Shown here piece by piece: positions 43,377 through 53,930 of a DNA stretch of 64,000 bases (within the stretch, counting starts at the first letter, position 1; each line of letters opens with the position of its first letter). Source of the DNA: Polyangiales bacterium (lineage in GTDB: Bacteria; Myxococcota_A; Polyangia; Polyangiales; Ga0077539); assembly GCA_046351515.1 (NCBI GenBank), contig JAXLYJ010000005.1:242892-306891 (forward strand). Reading direction: 5' to 3'. The position numbers and the translations under genes were made by a program. The notes beneath the pieces were generated by a model. The model did not search any database and had not been told where the DNA came from. It saw only the letters and a program-made list of their open reading frames with translations.

Positions 43377-44384
43377 TCAGAATCGAGCGCCGCCGCTCAG
43401 CGCTTGAATCGTGATCCCCGTGCTCGTGTTGAATTCTGGTGCCTGACCGCTGAGCACCACCGCGAGCACGACGCCGGTGGTGATCACCGCGACGCCGCCC
43501 GCGATCGCCGTCCAGAACAGCGGATTGGCGTGCAGCGGTCGCGTCGTGACGACCCGCGTGAGCGATGCGTCCACGCGCAGCGTGCTCTCGGGCGCGAGCG
43601 TGACGCGACGGCGAAACGGCTCGTACCCCACGGCGTTGACGACGATCTCGTGCGAGCCTGCGCCGATGGCGCGCGCGCCCATCACGAACGGCGCTCCGTC
43701 GACGGTGATGTTCGCGCCCTCGACCGTGCAGTGCACCTCGAGCGTCGCGGTCGTGATCGCCTCGAGCTGCACGCGGATCTCGCGCCGCTCGCCGCTCGCC
43801 ACGCGCACGTTGGTCGAGAACGCGCGGTGCCTCGGCGCGCTGACTTCGATCGTGTACGCGCCGGGGTCCACCGGCAGCGCGCGGCTCGCGAGCGAGCCCT
43901 CGACGCGCTGACCGTTCACACGCAGCTCGGCGTCCGCTGGAAGGATGGCGAGGTCCAACGTGGCGACGAGCGCGCGCTCGGACTGCAGCTGGGACTGCGC
44001 GTCGGCGAATCGCGCGCCCTCCGATGCGGCATCGGCGATGCGCAAGTAGCTCTCGTACGCCTCGACCGCTTCGACGTGACGCCCCAAGCGCACGAGCGTC
44101 CCTGCGATGTTGAACGCCGTGCTCGGCCGCGCGACCAACTCGAACGATCGCCGAAACGCCTGCAGCGCCTCGCCCCAGCGCTCGAGCTGCGACAGGCGAA
44201 TGCCCGACTCGAACGCCGAGCGCGCTTCGGCGACGCGCGGATCAACCGGCGCTGCAGCGGTCTGCGCGACCGCCGCGTCGACACCTGCGTCGCTCTGCGC
44301 GAGCGCCGAGCGGCTCGCGAAGAACGTCCCGATCACACAGACGACAAGAGCGTGGCGCAGCGTTCGCCGAGAGCTACCAGACAT
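43377..44384 (-). CDS. Secreted TPR-like plus PEGA-domain protein with C-terminal TM anchor
   Basis: Signal peptide. The helical region carries an LGRHVEAVEAYESYL TPR-like motif. Two PEGA-like beta modules (ILPADAELRVNGQRV…GAYTIEVSAPRH; …NITVDGAPFVMGA…HEIVVNAVGYEP). C-terminal TM segment. Confidence 0.5.
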   Translation of the reverse strand: MSGSSRRTLRHALVVCVIGTFFASRSALAQSDAGVDAAVAQTAAAPVDPRVAEARSAFESGIRLSQLERWGEALQAFRRSFELVARPSTAFNIAGTLVRLGRHVEAVEAYESYLRIADAASEGARFADAQSQLQSERALVATLDLAILPADAELRVNGQRVEGSLASRALPVDPGAYTIEVSAPRHRAFSTNVRVASGERREIRVQLEAITTATLEVHCTVEGANITVDGAPFVMGARAIGAGSHEIVVNAVGYEPFRRRVTLAPESTLRVDASLTRVVTTRPLHANPLFWTAIAGGVAVITTGVVLAVVLSGQAPEFNTSTGITIQALSGGARF

Positions 44385-46011
44385 TGTTCACTTCAGGAGC
44401 ACGTTGCGAACCCGACCCGGTCTGCGTTCGCGTCGCGTTGTTCGAGGTGCCCGTCGGCTGCGCGGCGTTGGTGCTGCCGACGGCGTTCGCGTGACTCGTC
44501 GACGTGGCCGCCGATGCGGTTGTCGCTGCGCCGGCGGTGCTGGTCGTGTTCGCGACCGAAGCGCCCGTCGTGCCCGATCGGACGACGCGCCGAACGCTCG
44601 TCGCTGCGCCGGCGTCCGCGTGCGCGGCGCTCGTCGCCACCGTCGGAGCGACAGCCTGTGGCGCGGAGGGCGCCTGCTGCGTTGTCTGCTGCACCGCGGG
44701 CTCGCGCGGAGCGGCGTGCGCCGCGTTTGCTGCGGCGGTTGGACTCACCGCGCGGGTCGTCTGCCGCTCGATCTCGGGCTCGCGTCGAAGCGTGGCGATG
44801 CCAGCGCCGCCGACGACCACGAACGCCAACGCGGCGCCCAACATCGAGGCGGGCGTGGTGCGCGCCGTGCGCTGCGCGGTCGTCGGAGAGATCGTGCTGT
44901 GATGGCTGCGCGGCCGCTGAATCCCACCGTACGGCGTGCTGTTGCGACCCTCTGCGCCTCCGTTGAGCGAACTGCGCGCGTCTTCGAGCTCTTGCTCGCT
45001 CAGCGTTGGGTTCGCGGGCTCGTGGGCCTTGCCTTTGACGAGCTTTCGCGCGCTGCTGTCGGTGATCGCGCGAAGTCGCTGCGTGCGCGCTCCTTCGCCC
45101 GCGGTCATCCTGTCGCCTGGCTGCGGGAGCTCGACGTGGACCCCGAGGCGCTCTGCTTCTTTCAGCAGCGCGTCGGCGAAGGCGTCGCAGCTCTCCCAGC
45201 GGTCCGACGCGTTGGTGGCGAGCGCTTTCGAGACGATCGCAGAGATGCTCGGGGCGACGTCGGGCGCGACCGAAATCAACGTGGGGACCTGGCCCGTCAC
45301 GAGCTTCGCGAGCACCGCGGCGGGGTTGGTTCCGTCGATCGGACGCTCTCCGGCGAGGCACTCGAACAGCACCACGCCCATCGCGTAGATGTCGAGCTGC
45401 GCTGTGTTTTCGCTGCTACCCAGCGCTTGTTCGGGCGCCATGTACTGCGGCGTGCCGATGATCGTGCCCGTGACCGTCTCGATGCTCTGCTCGGGAGCGT
45501 CGAGCATCTTGGCGATCCCGAAATCGAGCAGGACCGGAAACGAGGACTTCTTGCCCGGGGTCAAGAAGATGTTGTCCGGCTTCAAATCTCGGTGAACGAT
45601 GTTCAACCGGTGCGCGTGCGAGAGCGCCTTGAGCACCGGAACGAGAATCGAGAGCGTCTCGTCGAGCGAGAGCTTGCCCACGCGCGAGAGCAGCTCGCCG
45701 AGCGTCTCGCCTTCGAGCAGCTCGAGGACGAGAAACACCGTGCCGTCGTCGAGCACGTCGACGTCGAGCACATCGACGACGTTCGCGTGGCGAAACGCAG
45801 CGGCCGTGCGCGCCTCGTTGAGGAATCGTCGGACCGCCACAGGGTCGCGCACGTGCTGCGGGTGCAGCACTTTGACCGCCACTGCGCGGCTCGAGAGCGC
45901 GTGATGCCCGGCGAAGACCGTGCCCATCCCTCCACGACCAATCACCGCGTCGAGCACGTACTTGCCCGAGAGCGTTGTTCCGATTCGTTCTTCTTCGGTG
46001 AGGATCGGCAT
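44374..46011 (-). CDS. Ser/Thr protein kinase with TM segment and Thr/Ala-rich extracellular tail
   Basis: GRGGMGTVF, VAVKVL, HRDLKPDNIF, DFGIAK, GTPQYMAPEQ. ATG at 46009-46011 (complement). The upstream part of the ORF is non-coding. Confidence 0.8.
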   Translation of the reverse strand: MPILTEEERIGTTLSGKYVLDAVIGRGGMGTVFAGHHALSSRAVAVKVLHPQHVRDPVAVRRFLNEARTAAAFRHANVVDVLDVDVLDDGTVFLVLELLEGETLGELLSRVGKLSLDETLSILVPVLKALSHAHRLNIVHRDLKPDNIFLTPGKKSSFPVLLDFGIAKMLDAPEQSIETVTGTIIGTPQYMAPEQALGSSENTAQLDIYAMGVVLFECLAGERPIDGTNPAAVLAKLVTGQVPTLISVAPDVAPSISAIVSKALATNASDRWESCDAFADALLKEAERLGVHVELPQPGDRMTAGEGARTQRLRAITDSSARKLVKGKAHEPANPTLSEQELEDARSSLNGGAEGRNSTPYGGIQRPRSHHSTISPTTAQRTARTTPASMLGAALAFVVVGGAGIATLRREPEIERQTTRAVSPTAAANAAHAAPREPAVQQTTQQAPSAPQAVAPTVATSAAHADAGAATSVRRVVRSGTTGASVANTTSTAGAATTASAATSTSHANAVGSTNAAQPTGTSNNATRTQTGSGSQRAPEVNNVW

Positions 46012-46117
46012 GGCAGTGGTTCGGGTGGCGGTCGAGTCCCTCCGAACGAGTTCAACATACAACAACGGCTCGCGCAGTGCCGGGCACTTTCGTATGCTGC
46101 GGGTCGGATCGTAACCG

Positions 46118-48034
46118 GTGATTTCCTCGCGCCCGACCAGCCGCCCGCTCGGATTGTTTGTGCTTGTCGGAATTGCAGCGTTGCCAGCGGCATGCCGCGC
46201 GCCGCGCACGCAGATCGTGGTCGTGGTCGACACGGATTTCGCCGTTCCGTCCCGCGTCGGGGCGCTGCGACTGCGCATCACTGATCCCCGTGACGGAAAC
46301 CCGGTGATTCAACCAATCGTCCTGAAAGGCATTGGGGCCTCGGGCTGCACCGACTCGCCGTCCGCGGCGCGGTTCTGTGTTCCGCTCTCGTTTTTGCTCG
46401 TGCCTGCGGCGAATCGACCTGCGAACGCGCCGGCTGAAGTGACGGTCGAAGCCGTGAGCGGCGACGACCCAGTCGCTGGCGCGACGCTCGTCTCTCGCAG
46501 CGCGCGGCTCGCGTTTGCGCCAGGGCAAACGCTGCGCCTCCCGATGTTCTTGTCGCGCGATTGCGAGGGCGTTGTTTGCCCTTCGGACTTCACGTGCAGC
46601 GAAGGCGCGCGGTGCGTTCCGTTGGATCATCCGCCCGGCGTCGTGCAGCTCGACCCGAACAGCGGTCGCGCGCTCGACGGCGCCGTGTTCGACAGCTCGA
46701 CGCCGGACGCCATCGATCCGCTCGACGCGACGACGCCTCACGACGCGAGCGGCGAGATGGACGTGTCGCGACCCGATGTGGTCGCCTCCGACGTCGCGAC
46801 GGACAGCGCAGACGCGGCTTCGGACAGCGCTGACGTTGCGCTCGCGCCGTTGTGCGCCGCGGCGACCTGTCCCGCGATCGCGTCTCTCGTTTCGGGCCGC
46901 GACTTCTCGTGCGCGCGCTACGCCACCGGCCGGCTCGCGTGCTGGGGATCGAACGAGCACGGGCAGCTCGGCCGTGGAACGACCACCGCTCTCGAACCAG
47001 ACGGCTCGGGCGGGCTCTTCGAGCCGCAGTGGGTCAGCGGAATCGCCGGCGTCGTCTCGTTGGGAGCGGGCGCGATGCACGCGTGCGCGGCGAGCAACAG
47101 CGCGGGTGTTCGTCAGGTGTTTTGCTGGGGTTTCAACCGCGACGGATCGCTTGGAACCGGCGCGGCGGGCTCGGCGGTCTCCACTCCGTCCGTGGTCCCG
47201 TTCTTCACCGCGCGAGCTTCGCCGGACGAGCTCGCGCTCGGACGCGAGGCGAGCTACGCGCGAATCGGTCGAGAGCTGTTTGCCTGGGGGCACAACGGTG
47301 ACGGCGCTCTCGGATTCGGAAGCGGCGCGGTGGTGACGACGCCCGTGCAAGCGGCGGCCACGCAAGTGCGCGCTCTCTCTGCTCGTGAGCGAGGATTGTG
47401 CTTCGTGGACCGGCCCGACACGTTCTGCGCCGGGATCAACAACAGCCAGCGGTTCGGAGCGGTCGCCGCGGCCGGTGCGGTCGTCGCGAGCCCCACCGCC
47501 GTCGACACCGCCCTTCGCAAAGATGTCTTCGCGTTGGGGCGCACGTTTGCCTGCGGAATCACCAGCGGAACGGTGACCTGCTGGGGCGAGAACCGCCGCT
47601 CGGGCGTGCTCGGCGCGATTCCAGCGGTCGGGGCGCCAGATCCCGTGGTTGTCCCGAGAGTGGTCCCGCTCGCGATGGCCAACGCCGTCGAGCTCGCGCT
47701 CGCTGAAGACTTTGTGCTCGCGCGACTCAACGACGGCACCGTGTTCTGCTGGGGATCAAACGCTGAGGGCGCCTGCGCGTTCGGCAGCCAGATGGCGGAC
47801 GGAAGCATCACGCCCGTCGCCACCGCGCCGCGCCCTATCGTCTTTCCGTCGCGCTTCGCCGCGCCCGCGCGCGCCATCACCGCTGGTGACGGCCACGCGT
47901 GCGCGCTCGACTCGGCGCAGGTGCTCTGGTGTTGGGGGCGCAACCGCAACGGACAAGCCGGGCAGAGCGTCACCGCAGACCCGCGCTCGCGCGCGATCAT
48001 CGCTCCATCGCCTGTGATTCTCCCCGCGCCTTGA
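46118..48034 (+). CDS. Secreted RCC1-repeat (beta-propeller) lipoprotein
   Basis: Signal peptide and lipobox. Repeated …CWGSNEHGQLG…, …CWGFNRDGSLG…, …AWGHNGDGALG…, …CWGSNAEGAC…, …CWGRNRNGQAG RCC1 blades. Confidence 0.7.
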   Translation: MISSRPTSRPLGLFVLVGIAALPAACRAPRTQIVVVVDTDFAVPSRVGALRLRITDPRDGNPVIQPIVLKGIGASGCTDSPSAARFCVPLSFLLVPAANRPANAPAEVTVEAVSGDDPVAGATLVSRSARLAFAPGQTLRLPMFLSRDCEGVVCPSDFTCSEGARCVPLDHPPGVVQLDPNSGRALDGAVFDSSTPDAIDPLDATTPHDASGEMDVSRPDVVASDVATDSADAASDSADVALAPLCAAATCPAIASLVSGRDFSCARYATGRLACWGSNEHGQLGRGTTTALEPDGSGGLFEPQWVSGIAGVVSLGAGAMHACAASNSAGVRQVFCWGFNRDGSLGTGAAGSAVSTPSVVPFFTARASPDELALGREASYARIGRELFAWGHNGDGALGFGSGAVVTTPVQAAATQVRALSARERGLCFVDRPDTFCAGINNSQRFGAVAAAGAVVASPTAVDTALRKDVFALGRTFACGITSGTVTCWGENRRSGVLGAIPAVGAPDPVVVPRVVPLAMANAVELALAEDFVLARLNDGTVFCWGSNAEGACAFGSQMADGSITPVATAPRPIVFPSRFAAPARAITAGDGHACALDSAQVLWCWGRNRNGQAGQSVTADPRSRAIIAPSPVILPAP

Positions 48035-48086
48035 ATTGTGCACACCACACAAAGGGCGCACGTCGCGCGCGCCGGCCGGCGCGCAG

Positions 48087-49160
48087 CTACGAGGCGAGCG
48101 GCATGCGAACGAGCACCGTGGTCCCGCGACCCTTTCCGTCGCTCTCGACGTGGATGCTCCCTCCGTGCGCCTCGACGAGGTGACGAGCGAGCGAGAGTCC
48201 GAGGCCCAAGCCGCCGTGCGCGCGGGTGAGCCCTGTTTCTCCCTGCGTAAACCGCTCGAACACCCGCGGGAGCAGCTCGGGCGCGATCCCGATACCCTCG
48301 TCGCGCACCGCGATCGTCGCGGATCCGAGCTCGTCGTCGCGGTCGACCGCCACGCTCACGTGCCCGCCCCGCGCGCTGAACTTCACCGCGTTGCCGAGCA
48401 GGTGAAACGCCACGTGCTCGATGCGCCCCGCGTCTCCGTCGACGAAGCATCCCTCCGTGAGCCGCACGTCGATCTGCACGTCTTTTTGCTCGGCGCTCGC
48501 GCGCACCGCGTCCGTCGCGCGCGAGACAGCCCGCGCCAGATCCACCCGTCGGCGCTCGAGCAACAGCGCGCCCGCGACTACGCGCGCCGCGACCAAGATG
48601 TCGTCGATCAGTCGCAGCTGCGCGCGCGCCGCGCGATCGATGGTCGCCACCGCGCCGTCCACCGTCGCCGCGTCCGGGGTGCGCCCTCTCAACAGCTGCG
48701 TCCAACCCAGGATCGTCGCGAGCGGCGTTCGCAGCTCGTGCGAGAGCGTCGCGAGAAACTGATCCTTCACGGCTTCGGCTTTCGCCGCTCGCGCCGCGTG
48801 ATCGCGCGCCTTCGCGTTGGCTCGCGCCGCGTCGCTCAAGTCCGAGAGCCAGACCACCGCGCTCGCGCTCGCGCCGTCGCGCACCGAGACCGCCCGCAGC
48901 CGCAGCGATCGGACGCTGTCGCCTTCTCCGAACTCGCAGCGCTCATCGACGCTCTCTCCTGCGAACGCGCGCTCGACAGCGTGACGAATTCGCGCGCGCG
49001 CGGCGCTCTTGTCGGACTGCGTGGGCATGTCCAGCGCGACGCCCCAGCCCTCGCTAGCGGCGGTCTTCTCGACGCGCTCGTCGAAGACCGCGAACGCCAC
49101 GCCCGCGTGATCGAGCGCGCGCAGCACGGTCTGAGCATCCATCGTGGATCGATCTGTCAT
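48087..49160 (-). CDS. Cytoplasmic sensor histidine kinase (PAS-like plus HisKA plus HATPase_c)
   Basis: H-box LSHELRTPLATILGW, N box LLGNAVKFS, G boxes DEGIGI / GGLGLGLSL. Confidence 0.75.
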   Translation of the reverse strand: MTDRSTMDAQTVLRALDHAGVAFAVFDERVEKTAASEGWGVALDMPTQSDKSAARARIRHAVERAFAGESVDERCEFGEGDSVRSLRLRAVSVRDGASASAVVWLSDLSDAARANAKARDHAARAAKAEAVKDQFLATLSHELRTPLATILGWTQLLRGRTPDAATVDGAVATIDRAARAQLRLIDDILVAARVVAGALLLERRRVDLARAVSRATDAVRASAEQKDVQIDVRLTEGCFVDGDAGRIEHVAFHLLGNAVKFSARGGHVSVAVDRDDELGSATIAVRDEGIGIAPELLPRVFERFTQGETGLTRAHGGLGLGLSLARHLVEAHGGSIHVESDGKGRGTTVLVRMPLAS

Positions 49161-49419
49161 TCGTTGTCGCTTCCTGCCTCGTGCTCCGCGCCGTGCGAAC
49201 GAGCGGTATCACCCGCAGCGTAGCAGTCGACGCGCACGCCTGCCGAAATTGCCGCAGCCCTGCGGATTGCGCGGCCGAGCGCGGCGCGTCGCGCGCTGTG
49301 CACCGCGCCCGGCGCGACGTCGCTTCGGACAAGGTGACCGCGCCGCGCGCGGCGGGCAACAAATTGTGCGCGAGCACTGCGCAGCGCGCGCCGGTCCGTG
49401 TACCCTCCGCGCCGCTCTC

Positions 49420-49917
49420 ATGGCGCTCGAACAAGCATTCATCGACGACTGTCCCTACGGCCCTGGCGGCTTGCTCATCGACGACGTAGTGGAGGTCGAC
49501 GTCGAACGTGGATACGTGAAGTGCACGATGCCCGCGCACGAAGACCTGCCGCTGACGCGCGAGCAGCGCGTGCACCCCGTGCGGCATCCGAGGCACGTCT
49601 CGGGCGGACTCATGGTGCACATGACCGGGATGGTGGGGTTTGCGCACGCGTACTACGTCCTCGGCCTGCGTCACTGCGACGGTTGGATCGGGTACGGAGC
49701 GAAGATCCACAGCGCGAAGTTTCACAACCTCGCGCGCATGGGCGAGAAGCTCGTGCTCGAAGGCACCACGACGCAGCTGCGAAAGGGGACGCTGCGGACG
49801 TTCGCGCGCTATCAGCTCAAGTTCACGCAAGGCGGAAAGCTCGTGTACGAAGGCGACCAGGCGGCGATGTGGCTGAAGGTTGCGGAGGGGGACACCGCGG
49901 CTGAGTTCACCCTCTGA
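49420..49917 (+). CDS. Hotdog-fold dehydratase-like protein (FabA/FabZ-like)
   Basis: About 165 aa, with a His-containing motif HPRHVSGGLMVHMTGMVGFAHAYY and a central-helix signature. It sits immediately upstream of the MMPL exporter. Confidence 0.45.
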   Translation: MALEQAFIDDCPYGPGGLLIDDVVEVDVERGYVKCTMPAHEDLPLTREQRVHPVRHPRHVSGGLMVHMTGMVGFAHAYYVLGLRHCDGWIGYGAKIHSAKFHNLARMGEKLVLEGTTTQLRKGTLRTFARYQLKFTQGGKLVYEGDQAAMWLKVAEGDTAAEFTL

Positions 49918-49929
49918 GCGACGACCGAG

Positions 49930-52263
49930 ATGCTTGCGCTCTGGGGTCGCTCGATCCACCGATACCGAACACTGGTGCTCGTCCTGAGCGCGATCGTCCT
50001 CGCGCTCTCGGTCTTCGTGCTCTCGCGCGGGGGCGTGCTCGCGCCAGCGAACTTTCCGACGACCGAAGCCGATCGCGGCCAGGCGGTGCTCGAGCGCGAG
50101 CTCGGACGCCCCGGTCCGTCTTCGTTTCTGGTGATCGCGCGAAGCTCTCGCGCGACGGTCGACGACGAAGGCTTTCGCACAGCGCTCGATCGCACGCTCG
50201 CGCCGCTGCGCAACGATCGGCGGATCACGCAAATGGTCCTGCCGTACGACCTGTCTCCGACGGTCGCGGCGATCCTGCGCTCGCGCGACGATCGCGCGCT
50301 CGTCGTTCAGTGCACGGTCCGCGGTGACATCCGTGAGGCGCAGCGCACGTATCGAGAGCTGCGCGCGCGCGTGCGGCCCGAGCCCGGCGTCGAGCTCACG
50401 TACACAGGAAATCTCCCGTACAAAGAGGACCTCGACCGCACGCTCGAGCGCGATCTGCTCAAGGGTGAGCTCGTCTCCGCGCCGCTCGCCCTGCTGGTGT
50501 TGCTGCTCGTGTTCGGCTCGGTCGCCGCTGCTTCGCTGCCCGTCGGCGTCGGAGGGCTCGCCGTCGTCGCCGGAATGGCGGGGGTGTTCCTCACCTCCCG
50601 AACGATGGACGTCACGCAGTACAGCTTGAACGTCACGTCGCTCGTCGGGCTCGGCGTCGCGATCGACTACGCCTTGTTCATCGTCAATCGCTTTCGCGAT
50701 GAGCTCGCCGCGGGACACGCCACAGACGAAGCCCTCTCGCGCACGCTCGCCACCGCGGGCCGCGCCGTTGCGTTCTCGGGCGTCGCTGTCGCCATCGGAA
50801 TGTCGGGGCTGCTCTTCTACCGCGGCACCTTCCTCGCCTCGATGGGCGTCGCCGGCGCCCTGGTCGTCGGGCTCGCCGTGCTCTTCGCCCTCACGTTTCT
50901 GCCGGCGCTGCTCTCGCTGCTCGGCCCGCGCATCAACGCGTTGCAGCTCGTGAAGACCCGCAAGGACTCGAGCGACGCAGGCGGCTTCTGGCGGCGCATC
51001 GCGCGCTGGGTCATGCGACGGCCGATCACCGTGCTCGTTCCGACGCTCGCGTTGACGATCCTCGCGGGCGCGCCGTTTCTTCGAATGCAGATGGCCGCGG
51101 CGAGCGTCACCGTCCTGCCGCCGCGCGTCGAGGCGAGGCGAGGGTACGACACGCTTCAGCGTGATTTTCCTGACTTGGCCGCGAACCGCGTGACCGTCGT
51201 CGTTCGGTTGCCCGAAGGACAGAGCGCGCTCGACCCCGATCGCATCCGCGCGATGCACGCGTACTCGCGCCGCATTGCGCAGATCGCTGGCGTCCGCCGC
51301 GTCGAGAGCTACGTCGACCTCGACCCCACGCTCGACGCCGACGGATACGTCAACGTCTACGGCTTGCCCGAGATGTTTCGCCCGACCTTGCTCGAAGAGG
51401 CGCGCAAGTACATCTCGACCGATCGCGTCATCACGTTCAGCGCGATCACGCACGGCGACTCGCACTCGGACAACGCGCGCGCCGTCGTTCGCGCGCTGCG
51501 CGCGATGCGGCCGTCGGGCCCAGGCGAGGCGTTCGTCACGGGCCCCACCGCGGTCGACGTCGACACCACCGCGTACATCATCGCCAAGAGCCCCGCCGCC
51601 ATCGGCTTCGTGATGGTGATGACCGCGCTCGTCCTGTTCGTCCTGCTCGGCTCCGTCGTCCTTCCGATCAAAGCCGTCTTGATGAACCTGCTCAGCTTGA
51701 GCGCGAGCTTCGGCGCGCTCGTCTGGATCTTCGAGGACGGCCACCTGCGAAACGTCCTGCACTTCGAGCCGCAGCCGGTCGAGCCGGTGCTGCCCGTGGT
51801 CCTCTTCTGCGCGGTCTTCGGGCTCTCGATGGACTACGAGGTGCTGATGCTCACGCGGATGCAAGAGGAGTATCTGCGCACGCGCGACAACACCCGCGCC
51901 GTCGCCGAAGGCCTCGAGCGCTCAGCGCGCCTCGTCACCAGCGCGGCGGCCATCATGGTGGCCGTGTTCAGCGCCTTCGCCCTGGCCGAGGTCGTCATCC
52001 TCAAGGCCGTCGGCGTCGGTATGGCGCTCGCCGTCGCCCTCGACGCCACCATCGTTCGAGTGCTGATCGTCCCGGCGACCATGCGACTGTTCGGCGACTT
52101 GAATTGGTGGGCGCCGGCCCCGCTCGCGAAGCTCTACCACGCGCTCAAGCTCGGACACGCTGAGGTCGAAGCGCCCGCTTCTGCGGTCGACGATCACGAC
52201 GATGACGAGTCGGGACCGCACGCCAGGCCTCCGACCACGCCCGAGCCGCAGCCGTCGAAGTGA
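49930..52263 (+). CDS. MMPL/RND-superfamily membrane exporter
   Basis: Two 6-TM bundles, each followed by a periplasmic domain. Sterol-sensing-like regions match the MMPL family. Confidence 0.8.
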   Translation: MLALWGRSIHRYRTLVLVLSAIVLALSVFVLSRGGVLAPANFPTTEADRGQAVLERELGRPGPSSFLVIARSSRATVDDEGFRTALDRTLAPLRNDRRITQMVLPYDLSPTVAAILRSRDDRALVVQCTVRGDIREAQRTYRELRARVRPEPGVELTYTGNLPYKEDLDRTLERDLLKGELVSAPLALLVLLLVFGSVAAASLPVGVGGLAVVAGMAGVFLTSRTMDVTQYSLNVTSLVGLGVAIDYALFIVNRFRDELAAGHATDEALSRTLATAGRAVAFSGVAVAIGMSGLLFYRGTFLASMGVAGALVVGLAVLFALTFLPALLSLLGPRINALQLVKTRKDSSDAGGFWRRIARWVMRRPITVLVPTLALTILAGAPFLRMQMAAASVTVLPPRVEARRGYDTLQRDFPDLAANRVTVVVRLPEGQSALDPDRIRAMHAYSRRIAQIAGVRRVESYVDLDPTLDADGYVNVYGLPEMFRPTLLEEARKYISTDRVITFSAITHGDSHSDNARAVVRALRAMRPSGPGEAFVTGPTAVDVDTTAYIIAKSPAAIGFVMVMTALVLFVLLGSVVLPIKAVLMNLLSLSASFGALVWIFEDGHLRNVLHFEPQPVEPVLPVVLFCAVFGLSMDYEVLMLTRMQEEYLRTRDNTRAVAEGLERSARLVTSAAAIMVAVFSAFALAEVVILKAVGVGMALAVALDATIVRVLIVPATMRLFGDLNWWAPAPLAKLYHALKLGHAEVEAPASAVDDHDDDESGPHARPPTTPEPQPSK

Positions 52264-52346
52264 CGTTGCACCGCATCCCTGATCCTCTGGCGCGGCACTG
52301 CACCCACAGATCGATGCTTCCTGCGTCGAGCGTGACGTCGCGGGAG

Positions 52347-53831
52347 TCAGAGGAGCAGGGATCCGCTCGAGCGGCCGAGCGCGCGGCCGAGCCTGCGCGC
52401 GGCCTCGCGGAGCTTGCTCGGTGAATTGCCGGCGAACCCGATGCGTACGAACGGGCGATCCCGGCCGTCGAAGCACATCAGCCGCGTGCGTTGAACGAAC
52501 ACCCCCTCGCGCATCGCCGCGTCGCACAGCGCGTCGCAGCCCCTCGCGTCGGTGATCTTCGCCCACAGCGCCATCCCGCCGCGCGTCACGTCGAACTGAA
52601 GCCGATCGCCGGCGTGCGCCTCGAGCGCCGCGGCGAGCGCGTCTCTTCGCTCGAGGTACGCGCTTCGCGCCTTGCGGGCGTGCCGTGCGACGACGCCGTC
52701 CTCGATGAGCTCGGCGAGCGCGGCTTCGACCGCGAGATCTCCCTGGCGATCGACGTACATTCGTCGCGCGGCGAGGTGCTGCACGAGCGCCGCGGGACCG
52801 ACGAGAAAGCCGGTCCGAAGCCCTGGCGCCAGCAGCTTCGAGAGCGTCGCGATGTACACGACGAGCCCGTCGCTGTCCGCGCTCGCGAGCGGGAGCACGG
52901 GGCGCCCCTCGTAGTGAAACTCGTGGTCGTAGTCGTCCTCGATCACCGCGAGCTTGTGCTTCCTCGCGAGCGCGAGCAGCGCCACGCGCCGCGGCGCCGA
53001 GAGCGTGACCGTCGAGGGATATTGGTGGTGCGGAGTCACGTACACCGCTCGCACCATCTGTCGCTCGCACAGCGCTTCGAGCGCGCTGACGTCGATCCCG
53101 TGCGAATCGACGGGGATCGGGACCAGCGTCGCGCCCGCCGCGCGAAACGCGGCCCACGCCGGCGCATATCCCATGCTCTCGACCGCGATCGTGCCGCCGT
53201 CGGAGAACAGCGCTCGGGCGACGAGGTCGAGCGCCTGTTGGCTTCCACGAGTGACGAGGATGTTCTCGGGCTTCGCGGCGAGCCCGCGCAGCGACGAGGT
53301 CATCGCGGCGAGCGCAGTGCGCAGCGAGGGGTGCCCGTACGGCGTCGCGTAGTCGAGCAGCTGAGTGCGCTTCTGTCGCAGCGCCCTGCGATGAGCGCGC
53401 GCGAACGCCTCTACCGGAAACAGCTCGAGCTCGGGCATCCCTCCGTACAGCGCGATCACCTTGTCGGGCGTCGTGCGCTCGATCAGCGGCGGCGCCGCGC
53501 CCAGCGAAAATCCGGGCCGCTCAGGGATCTGCTCGCGCTGCCCCATCTTCGCGAGGCGCTTGGGCGCTTGCTCGGGCATCGCCTTCGCGACCGTGGTCGA
53601 GCGCGCGGACTCGGTCTCGATCCACCCTTCGGCGCGCAGCGCTTCGTACGCCGCGAGCACGGTGTTGCGGTGCACGCCGAGCCGGTCAGCGAGGGTCCTC
53701 GATCCTGGCAGCGCGGCGCCGGGCGCGAGCCTTCCTCGGCGAACGTCGCGCACGATCGCGTCGGCGATGCGCGCAGCGAGCGGCCTCGCGCTGTCCTCAT
53801 CGAGCGCGATCGTCAGGGACCATTTCGTCAT
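52347..53831 (-). CDS. MocR/GntR-family transcriptional regulator with aminotransferase (PLP) domain
   Basis: N-terminal GntR wHTH (LPGSRTLADRLGVHRNTVLAAYEALRAEGWI) plus a C-terminal class-I aminotransferase fold. Confidence 0.8.
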   Translation of the reverse strand: MTKWSLTIALDEDSARPLAARIADAIVRDVRRGRLAPGAALPGSRTLADRLGVHRNTVLAAYEALRAEGWIETESARSTTVAKAMPEQAPKRLAKMGQREQIPERPGFSLGAAPPLIERTTPDKVIALYGGMPELELFPVEAFARAHRRALRQKRTQLLDYATPYGHPSLRTALAAMTSSLRGLAAKPENILVTRGSQQALDLVARALFSDGGTIAVESMGYAPAWAAFRAAGATLVPIPVDSHGIDVSALEALCERQMVRAVYVTPHHQYPSTVTLSAPRRVALLALARKHKLAVIEDDYDHEFHYEGRPVLPLASADSDGLVVYIATLSKLLAPGLRTGFLVGPAALVQHLAARRMYVDRQGDLAVEAALAELIEDGVVARHARKARSAYLERRDALAAALEAHAGDRLQFDVTRGGMALWAKITDARGCDALCDAAMREGVFVQRTRLMCFDGRDRPFVRIGFAGNSPSKLREAARRLGRALGRSSGSLLL

Positions 53832-53930
53832 GTCGTCGATCGTACTGGTCTACGAAGAATGTCGAAACTGGCACTGTCTCGTAGACCATCTCGGAGGCAC
53901 GGTTGAGCGCGAGAGAAGGAGCTACGGTCT

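Noticed and set aside
49054-51864. 936-aa minus-strand ORF spanning the hotdog and MMPL genes
   Set aside because: Compositionally aberrant (Arg/Asp/Glu-rich) and antisense to genes with clear TM and MMPL architecture.
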